64,000 nt of DNA from an uncultured Clostridia bacterium (GCA_944372795.1 CALWAF010000001.1:64390-128389); one strand, 5' to 3'. Shown: positions 46,058-55,471, counted from the stretch's first letter. Notes: generated by a model not told the origin, from the letters alone. Numbers and translations: made by a program.

Positions 46058-47998
46058 CTACGCACGCGGATAAAGCAGACCGCGCGCAAGTACGCTGCCC
46101 TGCGTATACCAGCTGTTGAGATCGGCAAATTCATCGAAATACTCGTCGCCCACCTGCGGGATATAAGTGATGTTCCTCGTTTCGGCGCAAAGCTCGTTGA
46201 CCGCGGGAAGCCCCCACACGCGGGATGCATTGAAGAAACTGCCGGTCACATTCTCAAAAAACTGAACGCCGAAGTTATACTGCGAAAAACCGTAAACGAT
46301 ATTCCCGACGGCTTCTGCGAGTTCATCACCTTCGATCATGAGTAGTTTGTCGATCTCATCCATGAGGTCCACCGTCCCCATCCCGTCCGGACGCGTCAAG
46401 GTAAGCTGCCATCTGCCGGTGACGTCGCTGGTGGGAAGATGAAGCATATGCGCGTCGAGCACATCGAAGAAGTGACGCATGAATCCGTACGGATGTGTGA
46501 AATAACTGTTGGCATCGGTGACGCCGACGACAAAATCGTAAATGCTGTTTTCCTGTCTGCCGGTGCTGAACCATGTATTCCAGTTCTCACCTATCTTTAT
46601 GGTCGTGGTGATGCCGAAAAGGTCAAGCGTGCTTTGAACGACTTGTCCCATGTTGACCATGAGAGTGTTGTTCTCCACTCCCAATGTCAGATCGACCCGC
46701 CTGCCGTTTTGGTCATACCACTTGCCATCGCGACGACTCCATCCCGCCTCCTGCAAAAGTTGCGCAGCCTTTTCCTGATTATAAGAATACTGTTTAAGTT
46801 TTGCGAAATCTTCCGGGAACATCAATATCTCTGCCTGCGATTTCGTCATGGTGAGCATCGAGTACCAGCTCGTGGCGCCATAAGGCTGCGCCATATTTTT
46901 GATGGCGTCACGATCGAAAATGTACTGGAACGCTTCTCTCACTTTGTCATTTTGCCAGATCTCTTTTTCAAGATTGAATATCAGACCGCAAGAGTTTTGG
47001 TCTATCATTTTGTAATGGACCATATTGGGATTTTCCGCAAGGATGTCCTCTATCGTTTCCGCAAGCGGCGCACCATCGAAATAATCGATGTCATTGTTGG
47101 CAAGCATCGAATAGATGAGATTTACATTATTTGGCGTCTGATACACGTAGATCTTGTCAAACGCCTGTGAATTGTCGAGATAATAATCCTCGTTTTTGAC
47201 AAGTATCATCTCGGTCTCGGTGTAGCGATCGAGCTTATACGGACCGGTGGCAACAAACCAATCCGGCTCGTAAGAGCGCATGCCGTTCAGTATCTCGCCC
47301 ATTTGCGCGGAAGCGGAACTGTTCCACTTCCTCCCGAAAGGCTGAACGATGTTGGTGCCGTAATCCTCTTCCAGATCGGTCGCATCGACAAGCTCCAGCG
47401 AATATATGACTTCGAGTGCCTGATCCACGTAAGTCTTGAATTCATCGTACTGCACGCTACCGAGCTTCGTATCGCATGAGAACAAAGCCGTTTTGGCCTC
47501 GTCGGTGGGCTCTCGATAAGTTTTCCAGTAGACTTTCACCGTATGCTCGTCCACTTCTTCGAGTTGCGTATAATATTTGCAGACATCATTCTGATAATCT
47601 ATCGCATAATAAGCGATTACATCTTTTGCGGTGAACGGAGTCCCGTCATGCCATTTCGCGTTCTGCCTAAGATGTATAAGCGACGTGGAATCGTCATTAT
47701 GTTCGATACTTTCGGCAAGTTGCCAATAGTAAGTATTCGTCGTACGCACGTGCTGCAAAAGCCCTTCCACTCCATACATGATCATGGGACCCGCATCCGT
47801 ACCGCCATGCCAATGATTGACTATGCCGGTCTTTGTCCAAGTACCGACCGTCCTCAAAGTCCTGTCTTGATTTTGACCGAGAGGTTCGTTGTAATCGACC
47901 GAGAGCCCTCCGGGCGAGGACGGATTGCATCCCGAAACGATAAACAACATCGCTATTACAAGAATTGCCGCAAGCAAAGCCACAGAATGTTTCCTCAT
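46058..47998 (-). CDS. family-5 (peptide/oligosaccharide) ABC substrate-binding lipoprotein
   Basis: ORF 46058..47998, 646 aa. Lipobox IVSGC. GGAGG RBS. Size and position upstream of the BCDF genes. Confidence 0.8.
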   Translation of the reverse strand: MRKHSVALLAAILVIAMLFIVSGCNPSSPGGLSVDYNEPLGQNQDRTLRTVGTWTKTGIVNHWHGGTDAGPMIMYGVEGLLQHVRTTNTYYWQLAESIEHNDDSTSLIHLRQNAKWHDGTPFTAKDVIAYYAIDYQNDVCKYYTQLEEVDEHTVKVYWKTYREPTDEAKTALFSCDTKLGSVQYDEFKTYVDQALEVIYSLELVDATDLEEDYGTNIVQPFGRKWNSSASAQMGEILNGMRSYEPDWFVATGPYKLDRYTETEMILVKNEDYYLDNSQAFDKIYVYQTPNNVNLIYSMLANNDIDYFDGAPLAETIEDILAENPNMVHYKMIDQNSCGLIFNLEKEIWQNDKVREAFQYIFDRDAIKNMAQPYGATSWYSMLTMTKSQAEILMFPEDFAKLKQYSYNQEKAAQLLQEAGWSRRDGKWYDQNGRRVDLTLGVENNTLMVNMGQVVQSTLDLFGITTTIKIGENWNTWFSTGRQENSIYDFVVGVTDANSYFTHPYGFMRHFFDVLDAHMLHLPTSDVTGRWQLTLTRPDGMGTVDLMDEIDKLLMIEGDELAEAVGNIVYGFSQYNFGVQFFENVTGSFFNASRVWGLPAVNELCAETRNITYIPQVGDEYFDEFADLNSWYTQGSVLARGLLYPRA

Positions 47999-48014
47999 AA
48001 TTTCCTCCTTATCA

Positions 48015-48641
48015 TCACAGCCACTCGTGATCGTCCAGATCCTCGGGCAGATCGATCTCGGGAAGCAGACCCGGATCCCGATATTTGTACGAAACCGTCT
48101 TTATGACGTTCTGTCCGTTATCGCTGTACGAAGCCTCGGCGCTTATAGAGGTCAGAAAAACGTCATCGAAATATGCTGTTACGCGCAGATCATCGAAGTC
48201 CGCGGAAGCATAGTCGAATGCTACTCCGTTTTTCAGAGACTCGATATCGGATATCCTGTCCCGTTCCGCGACAAAATCCGATCGGGTGACGGACAGAAAA
48301 TCGTCGAGGGAGATCGCCGCCTTCATAAGCCTTCCGCTCTCATCCGAAAAATATCTCACTCCGCGGACGTAATACTCCGTTCTACCCGCGTTTTCTTTCA
48401 TGGCAACGGGTTCGCCGAGTTTGTTTGTCGTCAACACATAGCGTGTTATGTTCACTTCCTCCCCCACAGTGCTTGTGACCGTCAGATCATAAGCCGACAG
48501 CGCAGATGTGTTGGCAAGCCTGACCTCGAAAGCGTCATATGCTTCCGCAGCAGGCAAAAGCTCTTCATTCGGATCGCAGCCGACAAGAGCCAGCAAACAT
48601 AAAACACAAAACACTGCAACGGTGATCGCTTTATTTTTCAT
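48015..48641 (-). CDS. lipoprotein of unknown function
   Basis: ORF 48015..48641. Lipobox LALVGC. No family recognised. Confidence 0.55.
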   Translation of the reverse strand: MKNKAITVAVFCVLCLLALVGCDPNEELLPAAEAYDAFEVRLANTSALSAYDLTVTSTVGEEVNITRYVLTTNKLGEPVAMKENAGRTEYYVRGVRYFSDESGRLMKAAISLDDFLSVTRSDFVAERDRISDIESLKNGVAFDYASADFDDLRVTAYFDDVFLTSISAEASYSDNGQNVIKTVSYKYRDPGLLPEIDLPEDLDDHEWL

Positions 48642-49252
48642 ACAACACCTCTGAGCGCATTCGAAAATATCTCGGTAAGACGCTGTTTGCCGCTCTCATT
48701 CGGATGTGTTCCGTCATACAGAAACTCCTTCTGATTGGTTTTGTCTATTCCGGAGGCTTTATATACGTCCAGAAACATGATCTTGCGGATCGCACACAGA
48801 CCGGCGAGTTTTTCGCGATACTCGTTAAACGCTTTCTCCCCCGTTGCTGCGCTCCACATGGGCGAACACCACACCACTTTTGCAAAAGGAAATCTCTTTG
48901 CGAAATATCCCGCACAATAATTTACGGCTCCGAGCAAAGAAGTCGCCTCATCGACGGAGTCCGGATCGCCCATGGTTATCATGCCGTTGACATCGTACTC
49001 ATAAAGATCGTTCACACCTCTTTGGACAAGGATTATATCCGGCTTGATCGCCCCTGCAAACAGTCTGTCGAACGCACCGTCTTTGATGAGATTGACCATG
49101 CACTGCTCGGGCATCCTACAAGGAGATATGGACGCGCCGGTAAAATCGGAAGTCACCGAAGCGCAATGCACCGCAGAGGCTATGTCGCACACCATATCTC
49201 TGTTTATACGAAAGATACTGTCACCGATAGTCCAAAGAACCCTTTGCCGCAT
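48638..49252 (-). CDS. SGNH/GDSL hydrolase (cytoplasmic or leaderless)
   Basis: ORF 48638..49312 trimmed to ATG 49252 (AAGGAG RBS). GDSIF block I, RGVNDL, DGTHPNESG block V. Confidence 0.75.
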   Translation of the reverse strand: MRQRVLWTIGDSIFRINRDMVCDIASAVHCASVTSDFTGASISPCRMPEQCMVNLIKDGAFDRLFAGAIKPDIILVQRGVNDLYEYDVNGMITMGDPDSVDEATSLLGAVNYCAGYFAKRFPFAKVVWCSPMWSAATGEKAFNEYREKLAGLCAIRKIMFLDVYKASGIDKTNQKEFLYDGTHPNESGKQRLTEIFSNALRGVV

Positions 49253-49283
49253 GACCCGCTCCTTTATCTCCGACAAACAGCCG

Positions 49284-50465
49284 TCATATACAAACCGCAG
49301 TAGTAACTGCAATCGAAGTGGCGCTTTCCGCTACGATATAAGCAACACCCTTGCCAACGAATACCAATTTGCCGCGCTCCTCGTCATATACCGCGACGTT
49401 CTCGTCCGTGGAATAAATGCGACAGCCTTCTCCCCCTTCAAGCGAAAGCGGATATTCGATGCCCGCCACACCTTCTCGGTATCCTTTCGACCATGACATC
49501 GGTTCGGAAAACAGATCCGCCGCATCGTCCATGCGCAAAGCGGCTTCGATGACTATGCGGTAAGTTTCGCGCCCCGTCTGATTCGGATGTATCCCGTCTA
49601 TCGTCATTTTCCCCAATGCCGAAGTCGTGATCCCGGTAGCCTCATGCAGATCTATCACTTCCACTCCGTATGAAGTGCATATTTCATTCAGATTGTCATT
49701 GAATTCACGGATCCTGTCCAAAGACGCGTCGCTGCGCGTGATGCTGTTTGTCCACACTATCTTGGCTTCGGGATATTTCTCGCGGAAGTATTCGATAGAA
49801 TATCTTATCGCGCCGTATGTTTCGGAGGAGTTTACGGAATCGGGATCGCCCAACTTCAACGGGTTGCCGGCCACTCCGCTCCAATATACATCGTTGGTCC
49901 CTCTGCCTATGAGTATAAGATCGGGTGCCACGCTCCCAATCAACTCGTCATAATAACCGCTGTTGATATGATCGACGATGCCGACGGAGGATGCCGGCGC
50001 TATAGTGCTTCCGCTTATCGTATCGCGAACGAGCGTATAGCCGAGGTCCGACGCGATCGTATCCAACAACATGGGGCTGAAATCGGATGTGAAAATGCTG
50101 TCGCCTACGGCAAGCATCACGCCACCCACCTTTACGGAGATCTCCGCTCGCTTCGTCCCCGCACAAGCCGTCACGACGGCGCTGCCGGCAGAAACACCTG
50201 TTAAAACACCGTTTTCGACGCTTACAACGTCCGGATCGGATGAAGCGAACGTACACTCGCGGTTCGCTTCTATGGCACATACCCCGCCGACCGCAAGAGA
50301 GACCTTCTCCGTATTCAACGTTATCTCCTCCTCGATTTCGGGCGGTATGCTTCCTCCCGGAACATCCAGAACGCCGTTTTGCGACGCATCATCGCACGCC
50401 GACGCGACAAACATAGTCGCGCAGCACACGATGGTTATAAGAAGAAATATGACGCCCCTTTTCAT
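49284..50465 (-). CDS. lipoprotein: Big_2 domain + SGNH/GDSL hydrolase
   Basis: ORF 49284..50531 trimmed to ATG 50465 (AAGGAG RBS). Lipobox VASAC. GDSIF, GRGTNDV, DGIHPNQTG. Confidence 0.78.
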   Translation of the reverse strand: MKRGVIFLLITIVCCATMFVASACDDASQNGVLDVPGGSIPPEIEEEITLNTEKVSLAVGGVCAIEANRECTFASSDPDVVSVENGVLTGVSAGSAVVTACAGTKRAEISVKVGGVMLAVGDSIFTSDFSPMLLDTIASDLGYTLVRDTISGSTIAPASSVGIVDHINSGYYDELIGSVAPDLILIGRGTNDVYWSGVAGNPLKLGDPDSVNSSETYGAIRYSIEYFREKYPEAKIVWTNSITRSDASLDRIREFNDNLNEICTSYGVEVIDLHEATGITTSALGKMTIDGIHPNQTGRETYRIVIEAALRMDDAADLFSEPMSWSKGYREGVAGIEYPLSLEGGEGCRIYSTDENVAVYDEERGKLVFVGKGVAYIVAESATSIAVTTAVCI

Positions 50466-50514
50466 ATATAACTCCTTCATCGCCGCACTTACCGTGCGGC
50501 GATGATCCGGTATT

Positions 50515-53247
50515 TCAGTCGCCGAAGGCAACCTTGTTGAGCCACATGGTTGCGCCGGTTTGCGTTGTCGTTTCGTCGAAGTCCTGTTCGATAAGAACGG
50601 TCAGCACTTCACCGTTGTATTCACTGACATCGAAAACAAGCTCTGTGCCCGTGGTCCACTGCGAGACAGATATCTTCCCCCAACCGTTCCTGACGGCGAC
50701 AAAATCCGCATTCGTCTCAGGAGTCAGAGTCACGATCGTTCCGTCCTCAAGCAAAAGTCGTACGCGAACGTTTACGCCGTCTCCCACATTATCACAGCCG
50801 ACCCAGACGCTAAACATGTTTCCCTGCACCCATACGCGGTTGACAAAGACTGCATCCGCGCCAAGATCCTCGGCAGTGTCATTGCCGCTCTCCCATGCTA
50901 TGGACTGTAAGCTTGCACCTAGCGTTCCGACATTGTTAAGCTGACCGTCACCCGTTAGGAAGTGCTTCCATTTTGCTTTTGCGGTCGTATCTCCGCGCAG
51001 TCCCCATACGGTGAAGTCTTCTTCGTCAGTGCCCCAAACTTTAGAGCCGTCGATCTCCAACGCCTTCCAATCGGCATCGTCGAACGCGCCTATCGGAGAT
51101 GTCAGTGTTCCGGTTATAGTCGAATCCGGAATGTCGACATCCTGTACATCTTTAAGTTCGAGTTGTTCTTTCGCGCTCCTGACGGCGGCGATCGCAGCGT
51201 CGATATAACCTTGTTGATCCGCGTTGAGGTCACGGCTGAGATTCTTGAACGATGTCACAGCCGCCTCGTATCTTGCCCAGCTCACATCCGTGTAAAGCGA
51301 AGCATCGAGGCTATCTCCGTCAAGTTCTGCCGCGAGTTCGTCATATGCCGCATAATCGGCAGGTTCCGTCGTCACTTCAGCAGTAAATGTCGCAAAGTTG
51401 AACCAAAGCGTGCAGGCGCCGGCGTCGGTCTCTGTCCGGTTTTCATCCTGCTCTATCATGATCACGGCTTCTTTGCCCTTAAATGCCGACACGTCATATG
51501 TCAGTTTTGCACCCGACACCCATTGGCTGATCTGCAAATTGCCCCAATTCCGATTCTTGTAAAGTTTGAACCCCGGAACGGTCCACATAGGTGCGAGATT
51601 GTGTTCAACGCCGTCCACAAGGAATGTAAGACGATAGTTCACGTTTGTATTGTCGCTGTCCGTGCCTACGTATATCACAAAATAGTTCTCGCTGACCGTG
51701 ACTTTGTTCATGGTCACTGCATCACGCACGAAGGCGCCGCCGTCATGACCGTCAGCAGGTTCGCGGGCTATGATCTGCAAAGACCCTCCGGTCACATCCT
51801 TATAAACCACCTGTCCCTCTGCTCCGTTCAGGAAAACAGTGGTCCATTTCGCTTTTGCCGCGATATCGCCGCGCAATCCCCACGCGCTCCAATCGGTTTG
51901 ATTCGGATCACCCCAAGACGTCGCGGTGTCAAGAGTGAGAGCGGAGACGTCCACCTGCTCTTCTGCCGCCACAAAAGCCATGCTGTACACAACCAAAGAG
52001 TCGCGGCATTCTTGGATCAGCCCTTCGAGCTGAAACTCCTTGTAACCGATGTCCAGATAATATTCTTCCTGATAAACGTCGGCAGGAGCATCCTGTTCGA
52101 TCAAAAGTATTATGGTCTGTCCGACATAATCCGAAAGATCGACGTCAAAATAAGTGCCCGTGCGCATGGTATCGTAATCCAACCCCGTTCCTTCATCGTT
52201 TAGCGGAGCTTTGATCTCGACATAATCCATAACAACGTGATCGGTATAATCATCCGGACAAATCACGGACACTCGGAACTTGCTGAGAAGATTGTTGTAA
52301 TCAGGATAAGGATTGTTGCTTGCAAAAATGCGGAACGTGCTGTTTTCCCCGACCGTGACCTTATTCCAGAGGATCGTATTCGGATCTTCGTCATCCACTT
52401 CGGGGTTGACACCGTCCGTCCCCGCACGTCCGAATGTATCCGAACCGCGCATAACTATATAAGGCATCCCGGCAGGCCCCTCGAAAAGGTTCCAGTTGGG
52501 GCTGTGCCCCGGCACGACTTGCTGTTTCCATTCCATAGCCGTCTTATCTTCGTCATTGTCGGCAACGTATGTCCATGACGTCAGTTCGGAGACAGCCTGT
52601 GCATCGATAAATTCTTTTGCGATCCCGAAATAGGTGACATATACGCTGCGCTCGAACGTCGCGGTGCGCCCTTCTGCGTCGGTCGCGGAATAAGTAACCG
52701 TATAAGTGCCGAGCTTTGAAATGTCGAAACCGCCATCATCGGTCACTACAATCGGCAGTTCGACGCCGTTGCCATCCGATGCGGACAGACCTTTCGTCAG
52801 ATCCACCGAGGCTGCGGGGGTATTGTTGTTAATATACAACTCACCCTCATACTGTTCCTCTTCCTTTATGATCGGTGCGGAACCTCCGGACTGCCGATCG
52901 GTCACATTAACGGTGCATACATCCTGTGCGCTGCCCGCACTCGCGGTGACGGTGGCAGTCCCTGCCGAAACAGCCGTCACCACTCCTTTATCAACCGTGA
53001 CTATTTCCGTATTTGAGCTGTTCCAACTCACAGCCACGCCTTCTACGTTGACATCGGCAAAAAGCGTAAACGTATCTCCCACCGTAAGATCCAATTCATC
53101 CCGATCCAGCGTAACGATTAGCGCGCCGCCGTCTCCCTGATCATCGGAACGTCCGTCGTTGCAAGCAATGAAAGTCGTTGCAACGACCAACATCAATAAG
53201 AAAACGATCGCCGATCCGGAGATTTTGGCTATTCTCTTTTTCCTCAT
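50515..53247 (-). CDS. large lipoprotein: Big_2 + Ig-like domain + 3 copies of an uncharacterised domain, with a FIVAR-like helical linker
   Basis: ORF 50515..53292 trimmed to ATG 53247. Lipobox TFIAC. Internal repeats each end in ...(V/I)(L/I)(L/M)IEQD... Confidence 0.7.
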   Translation of the reverse strand: MRKKRIAKISGSAIVFLLMLVVATTFIACNDGRSDDQGDGGALIVTLDRDELDLTVGDTFTLFADVNVEGVAVSWNSSNTEIVTVDKGVVTAVSAGTATVTASAGSAQDVCTVNVTDRQSGGSAPIIKEEEQYEGELYINNNTPAASVDLTKGLSASDGNGVELPIVVTDDGGFDISKLGTYTVTYSATDAEGRTATFERSVYVTYFGIAKEFIDAQAVSELTSWTYVADNDEDKTAMEWKQQVVPGHSPNWNLFEGPAGMPYIVMRGSDTFGRAGTDGVNPEVDDEDPNTILWNKVTVGENSTFRIFASNNPYPDYNNLLSKFRVSVICPDDYTDHVVMDYVEIKAPLNDEGTGLDYDTMRTGTYFDVDLSDYVGQTIILLIEQDAPADVYQEEYYLDIGYKEFQLEGLIQECRDSLVVYSMAFVAAEEQVDVSALTLDTATSWGDPNQTDWSAWGLRGDIAAKAKWTTVFLNGAEGQVVYKDVTGGSLQIIAREPADGHDGGAFVRDAVTMNKVTVSENYFVIYVGTDSDNTNVNYRLTFLVDGVEHNLAPMWTVPGFKLYKNRNWGNLQISQWVSGAKLTYDVSAFKGKEAVIMIEQDENRTETDAGACTLWFNFATFTAEVTTEPADYAAYDELAAELDGDSLDASLYTDVSWARYEAAVTSFKNLSRDLNADQQGYIDAAIAAVRSAKEQLELKDVQDVDIPDSTITGTLTSPIGAFDDADWKALEIDGSKVWGTDEEDFTVWGLRGDTTAKAKWKHFLTGDGQLNNVGTLGASLQSIAWESGNDTAEDLGADAVFVNRVWVQGNMFSVWVGCDNVGDGVNVRVRLLLEDGTIVTLTPETNADFVAVRNGWGKISVSQWTTGTELVFDVSEYNGEVLTVLIEQDFDETTTQTGATMWLNKVAFGD

Positions 53248-53294
53248 AATGAATCCCCCTATATTAACGGTAAAATTCCCAGATTTTTCCATTT

Positions 53295-53310
53295 ACGAAA
53301 ACGTTTTCAT
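53295..53310. promoter_or_regulatory. candidate LacI/CcpA-type operator (near-perfect palindrome)
   Basis: ACGAAAACGTTTTCAT with a 12-nt perfect palindromic core GAAAACGTTTTC, about 50 nt upstream of the 53247 start. Confidence 0.5.
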
Positions 53311-53395
53311 AATTTAACCGAGAATTTCACCCGCTTTGATGAGTCCATTTTACTATGGCGATGGCGGATTGTCAATACATAATTTGAAAAATGTG

Positions 53396-53424
53396 TTGAC
53401 AACCCACTCGCTCATGTTTATGAT
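53396..53424 (+). promoter_or_regulatory. sigma-A-type promoter of the GH32 gene
   Basis: TTGACA (53396-53401), 17 nt, TATGAT (53419-53424). Confidence 0.55.
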
Positions 53425-53428
53425 AATT

Positions 53429-53443
53429 TTGAAAACGTTACCA
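53429..53443. promoter_or_regulatory. candidate LacI/CcpA-type operator overlapping the predicted +1
   Basis: TTGAAAACGTTACCA fits WTGNAANCGNWNNCW. Starts 5 nt after the -10. Confidence 0.5.
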
Positions 53444-53531
53444 AATGTGCAATAAAAACTCGAGATAGTGTTCAAGATGTTTCGCCATATCAATATCGTT
53501 TTCAAATTAAAATACCGCGCGGAGATACTGT

Positions 53532-54920
53532 ATGTCCTACAACATTTTCTACAAACCTGCCGAACAAAACAGCGCCTTGGCGGACGTTATCCCCTTCTAT
53601 GAGAATGGCACTTTTCATTTGTTTTATCTCCGCGATCACCGCGACCCCGCTAAATACGGCGACGGAATAAGCTGGTATCGTGTTTGCACAAATGACTTCA
53701 CATCCTTTACGGACAAAGGAGTTGCCATACCCGCCGGAAGCCGAGAGCAATTGGATCACTGTGCGTACACGGGCGGGATAATCAAATATGACGGTTTATA
53801 TCACATATTCTATACAGGTCATAATGCGCGCATAAAGGATACCGATTATCAAAACGAATGCATCATGCATGCGACAAGCAACGACCTCGTCAAATGGACA
53901 AAACTGCCGGAGGACACCTTTTTCGCTCCGGAAGGATACTGCCACGGTGATTTCAGAGATCCTTTTGTATACCCCTCCCCCGAGGGCAACGGATTCGTCA
54001 TGCTTATCTGTGCGAGACCTCACAGCGGCAACGCGATACGTAAAGGCGAGCTTATCAAAATGACGTCCGACGACCTGAAACATTGGAAATTCGAGAAAAA
54101 ATTCTATGCGCCGCAGGCTTTTCATACACATGAGTGCCCTGATCTGTTCAATATAGGCGACTGGTGGTATCTGTTGTTTTCCGAGTATTCGGACGACTAC
54201 ACGACAAAATACAGGATGAGTCGATCACCCGAAGGGCCTTGGGTCTGCCCTCCCGACGACTCTCTCGACGGTCGGGCGTATTATGCAGCGAAAACGGCAT
54301 CTGACGGCAACGATCGTTTCCTGTTCGGTTGGGTCCCGACGCGAACCGGAAATTCCGATAAACTGCCGTGGATGTGGGGCGGCAACCTTGTCGTCCACAG
54401 TCTTATACAAAGAGAAGACGGCACTTTGGGTGTAGCTTTACCCGACAGCATCGGGAGCACGTTCAAAAATCAAACCGCAATTCCTTCCTTTTCGCTGTAC
54501 AACAAATACGATTGCGGAGAAAAAGTTTTATTCAAACGCACCGATAAGACTTTTTCGTTATCGTTCACCATAACCGCACATGCTGACAGCACAAGATTCG
54601 GTATTTTCCTAAATAAAAACGAATCCGAAGACAAAGCCTTCGCTTTTACGTTTGACTTGAACAAGCGCCGCGTCGAGGCGTGCGCGCGTCCGGCGTTTCC
54701 CGCAGGAGAATATGACAATTATCATATGTCCCGCCCACTTCCGAACGGAAACTCGTTCGACATAACGCTTATCGCCGACGGAGATATATACATCATTTAT
54801 ATAGGAGGAGATGTTGCGCTGTCCGCTCGGTGCTGCAACATGCTCGGCGATGGCATCGGCATATTTTCAGAATTCTCCGACATTGACATCGAACACATAA
54901 AATTCGGCAAACTTGTCTGA
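53532..54920 (+). CDS. GH32 beta-fructofuranosidase / fructan hydrolase (cytoplasmic)
   Basis: ORF 53532..54920, 462 aa, no signal peptide. FHLFYL, FRDPFV (RDP) and HECPDLF (EC) motifs. The N-terminal WMNDPNG block is divergent (ALADVIPF). Confidence 0.8.
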   Translation: MSYNIFYKPAEQNSALADVIPFYENGTFHLFYLRDHRDPAKYGDGISWYRVCTNDFTSFTDKGVAIPAGSREQLDHCAYTGGIIKYDGLYHIFYTGHNARIKDTDYQNECIMHATSNDLVKWTKLPEDTFFAPEGYCHGDFRDPFVYPSPEGNGFVMLICARPHSGNAIRKGELIKMTSDDLKHWKFEKKFYAPQAFHTHECPDLFNIGDWWYLLFSEYSDDYTTKYRMSRSPEGPWVCPPDDSLDGRAYYAAKTASDGNDRFLFGWVPTRTGNSDKLPWMWGGNLVVHSLIQREDGTLGVALPDSIGSTFKNQTAIPSFSLYNKYDCGEKVLFKRTDKTFSLSFTITAHADSTRFGIFLNKNESEDKAFAFTFDLNKRRVEACARPAFPAGEYDNYHMSRPLPNGNSFDITLIADGDIYIIYIGGDVALSARCCNMLGDGIGIFSEFSDIDIEHIKFGKLV

Positions 54921-55028
54921 CCTCATTACGTGCAATTTGCCATGCCAAACCTGAATAACCAAAACTACTGCAAAACAAAAACGACAAAAGAAAAAGCAAA
55001 CAAAATCTGGTTCGATTTTGTTTGCTTA

Positions 55029-55105
55029 TGGTGGAGCTTAGGGGATTCGAACCCCTGACCCCTTGTCTGCCAGACAAGTACTCTAGCCAACTGAGCTAAA
55101 GCCCC
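55029..55105 (-). tRNA. tRNA-Ala (anticodon GGC)
   Basis: Hand fold: GGGGCUU acceptor with the G3:U70 identity pair. Anticodon loop CUGGCAG. T-arm CAGGGGUUCGAAUCCCCU. Encoded CCA. Confidence 0.9.
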
Positions 55106-55398
55106 ATGCGGTTTCGGTTGCCTAAATATATTAGCGCAAAATCGCGGATTGCACAAGCGAATAAAGCTATTTGCGAAAAAAATTAGCAAAAAAGTGATGC
55201 GGTGTTGAGTCAATGTGTATGCCACATTCAAAAACGGCGTCTGCCATAATGTGCAAAAGCGGGAGCGATGAACGGCACGAGGTGCTTCGATGATGCGCGT
55301 GCTCGGGTGGGGACAAGTTTCTGTGTCATCGAAAAAGATCGGGGTGACTTTGCGGCGGGAATCGGTTTGGGCGTGAAATCATGACGGAGCGGCAATGC

Positions 55399-55428
55399 AA
55401 AACGACCGACGGGAGTCGGTCGTTTTTT
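55399..55428. terminator. bidirectional terminator downstream of the aminotransferase gene
   Basis: AAAACGACCGAC-GGGA-GTCGGTCGTTTT with U-runs on both strands. Confidence 0.65.
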
Positions 55429-55471
55429 GTGCTTGATCGTACAATAAACGGGGTTTATCGGTGCAAAGCGA

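Noticed and set aside
55200-55398. Small ORFs (26 and 38 codons) or a riboswitch between tRNA-Ala and the aminotransferase terminator
   Set aside because: They have no RBS and no conserved-looking peptide features. No downstream plus-strand gene exists for a riboswitch to regulate. The terminator is explained by the convergent aminotransferase gene.
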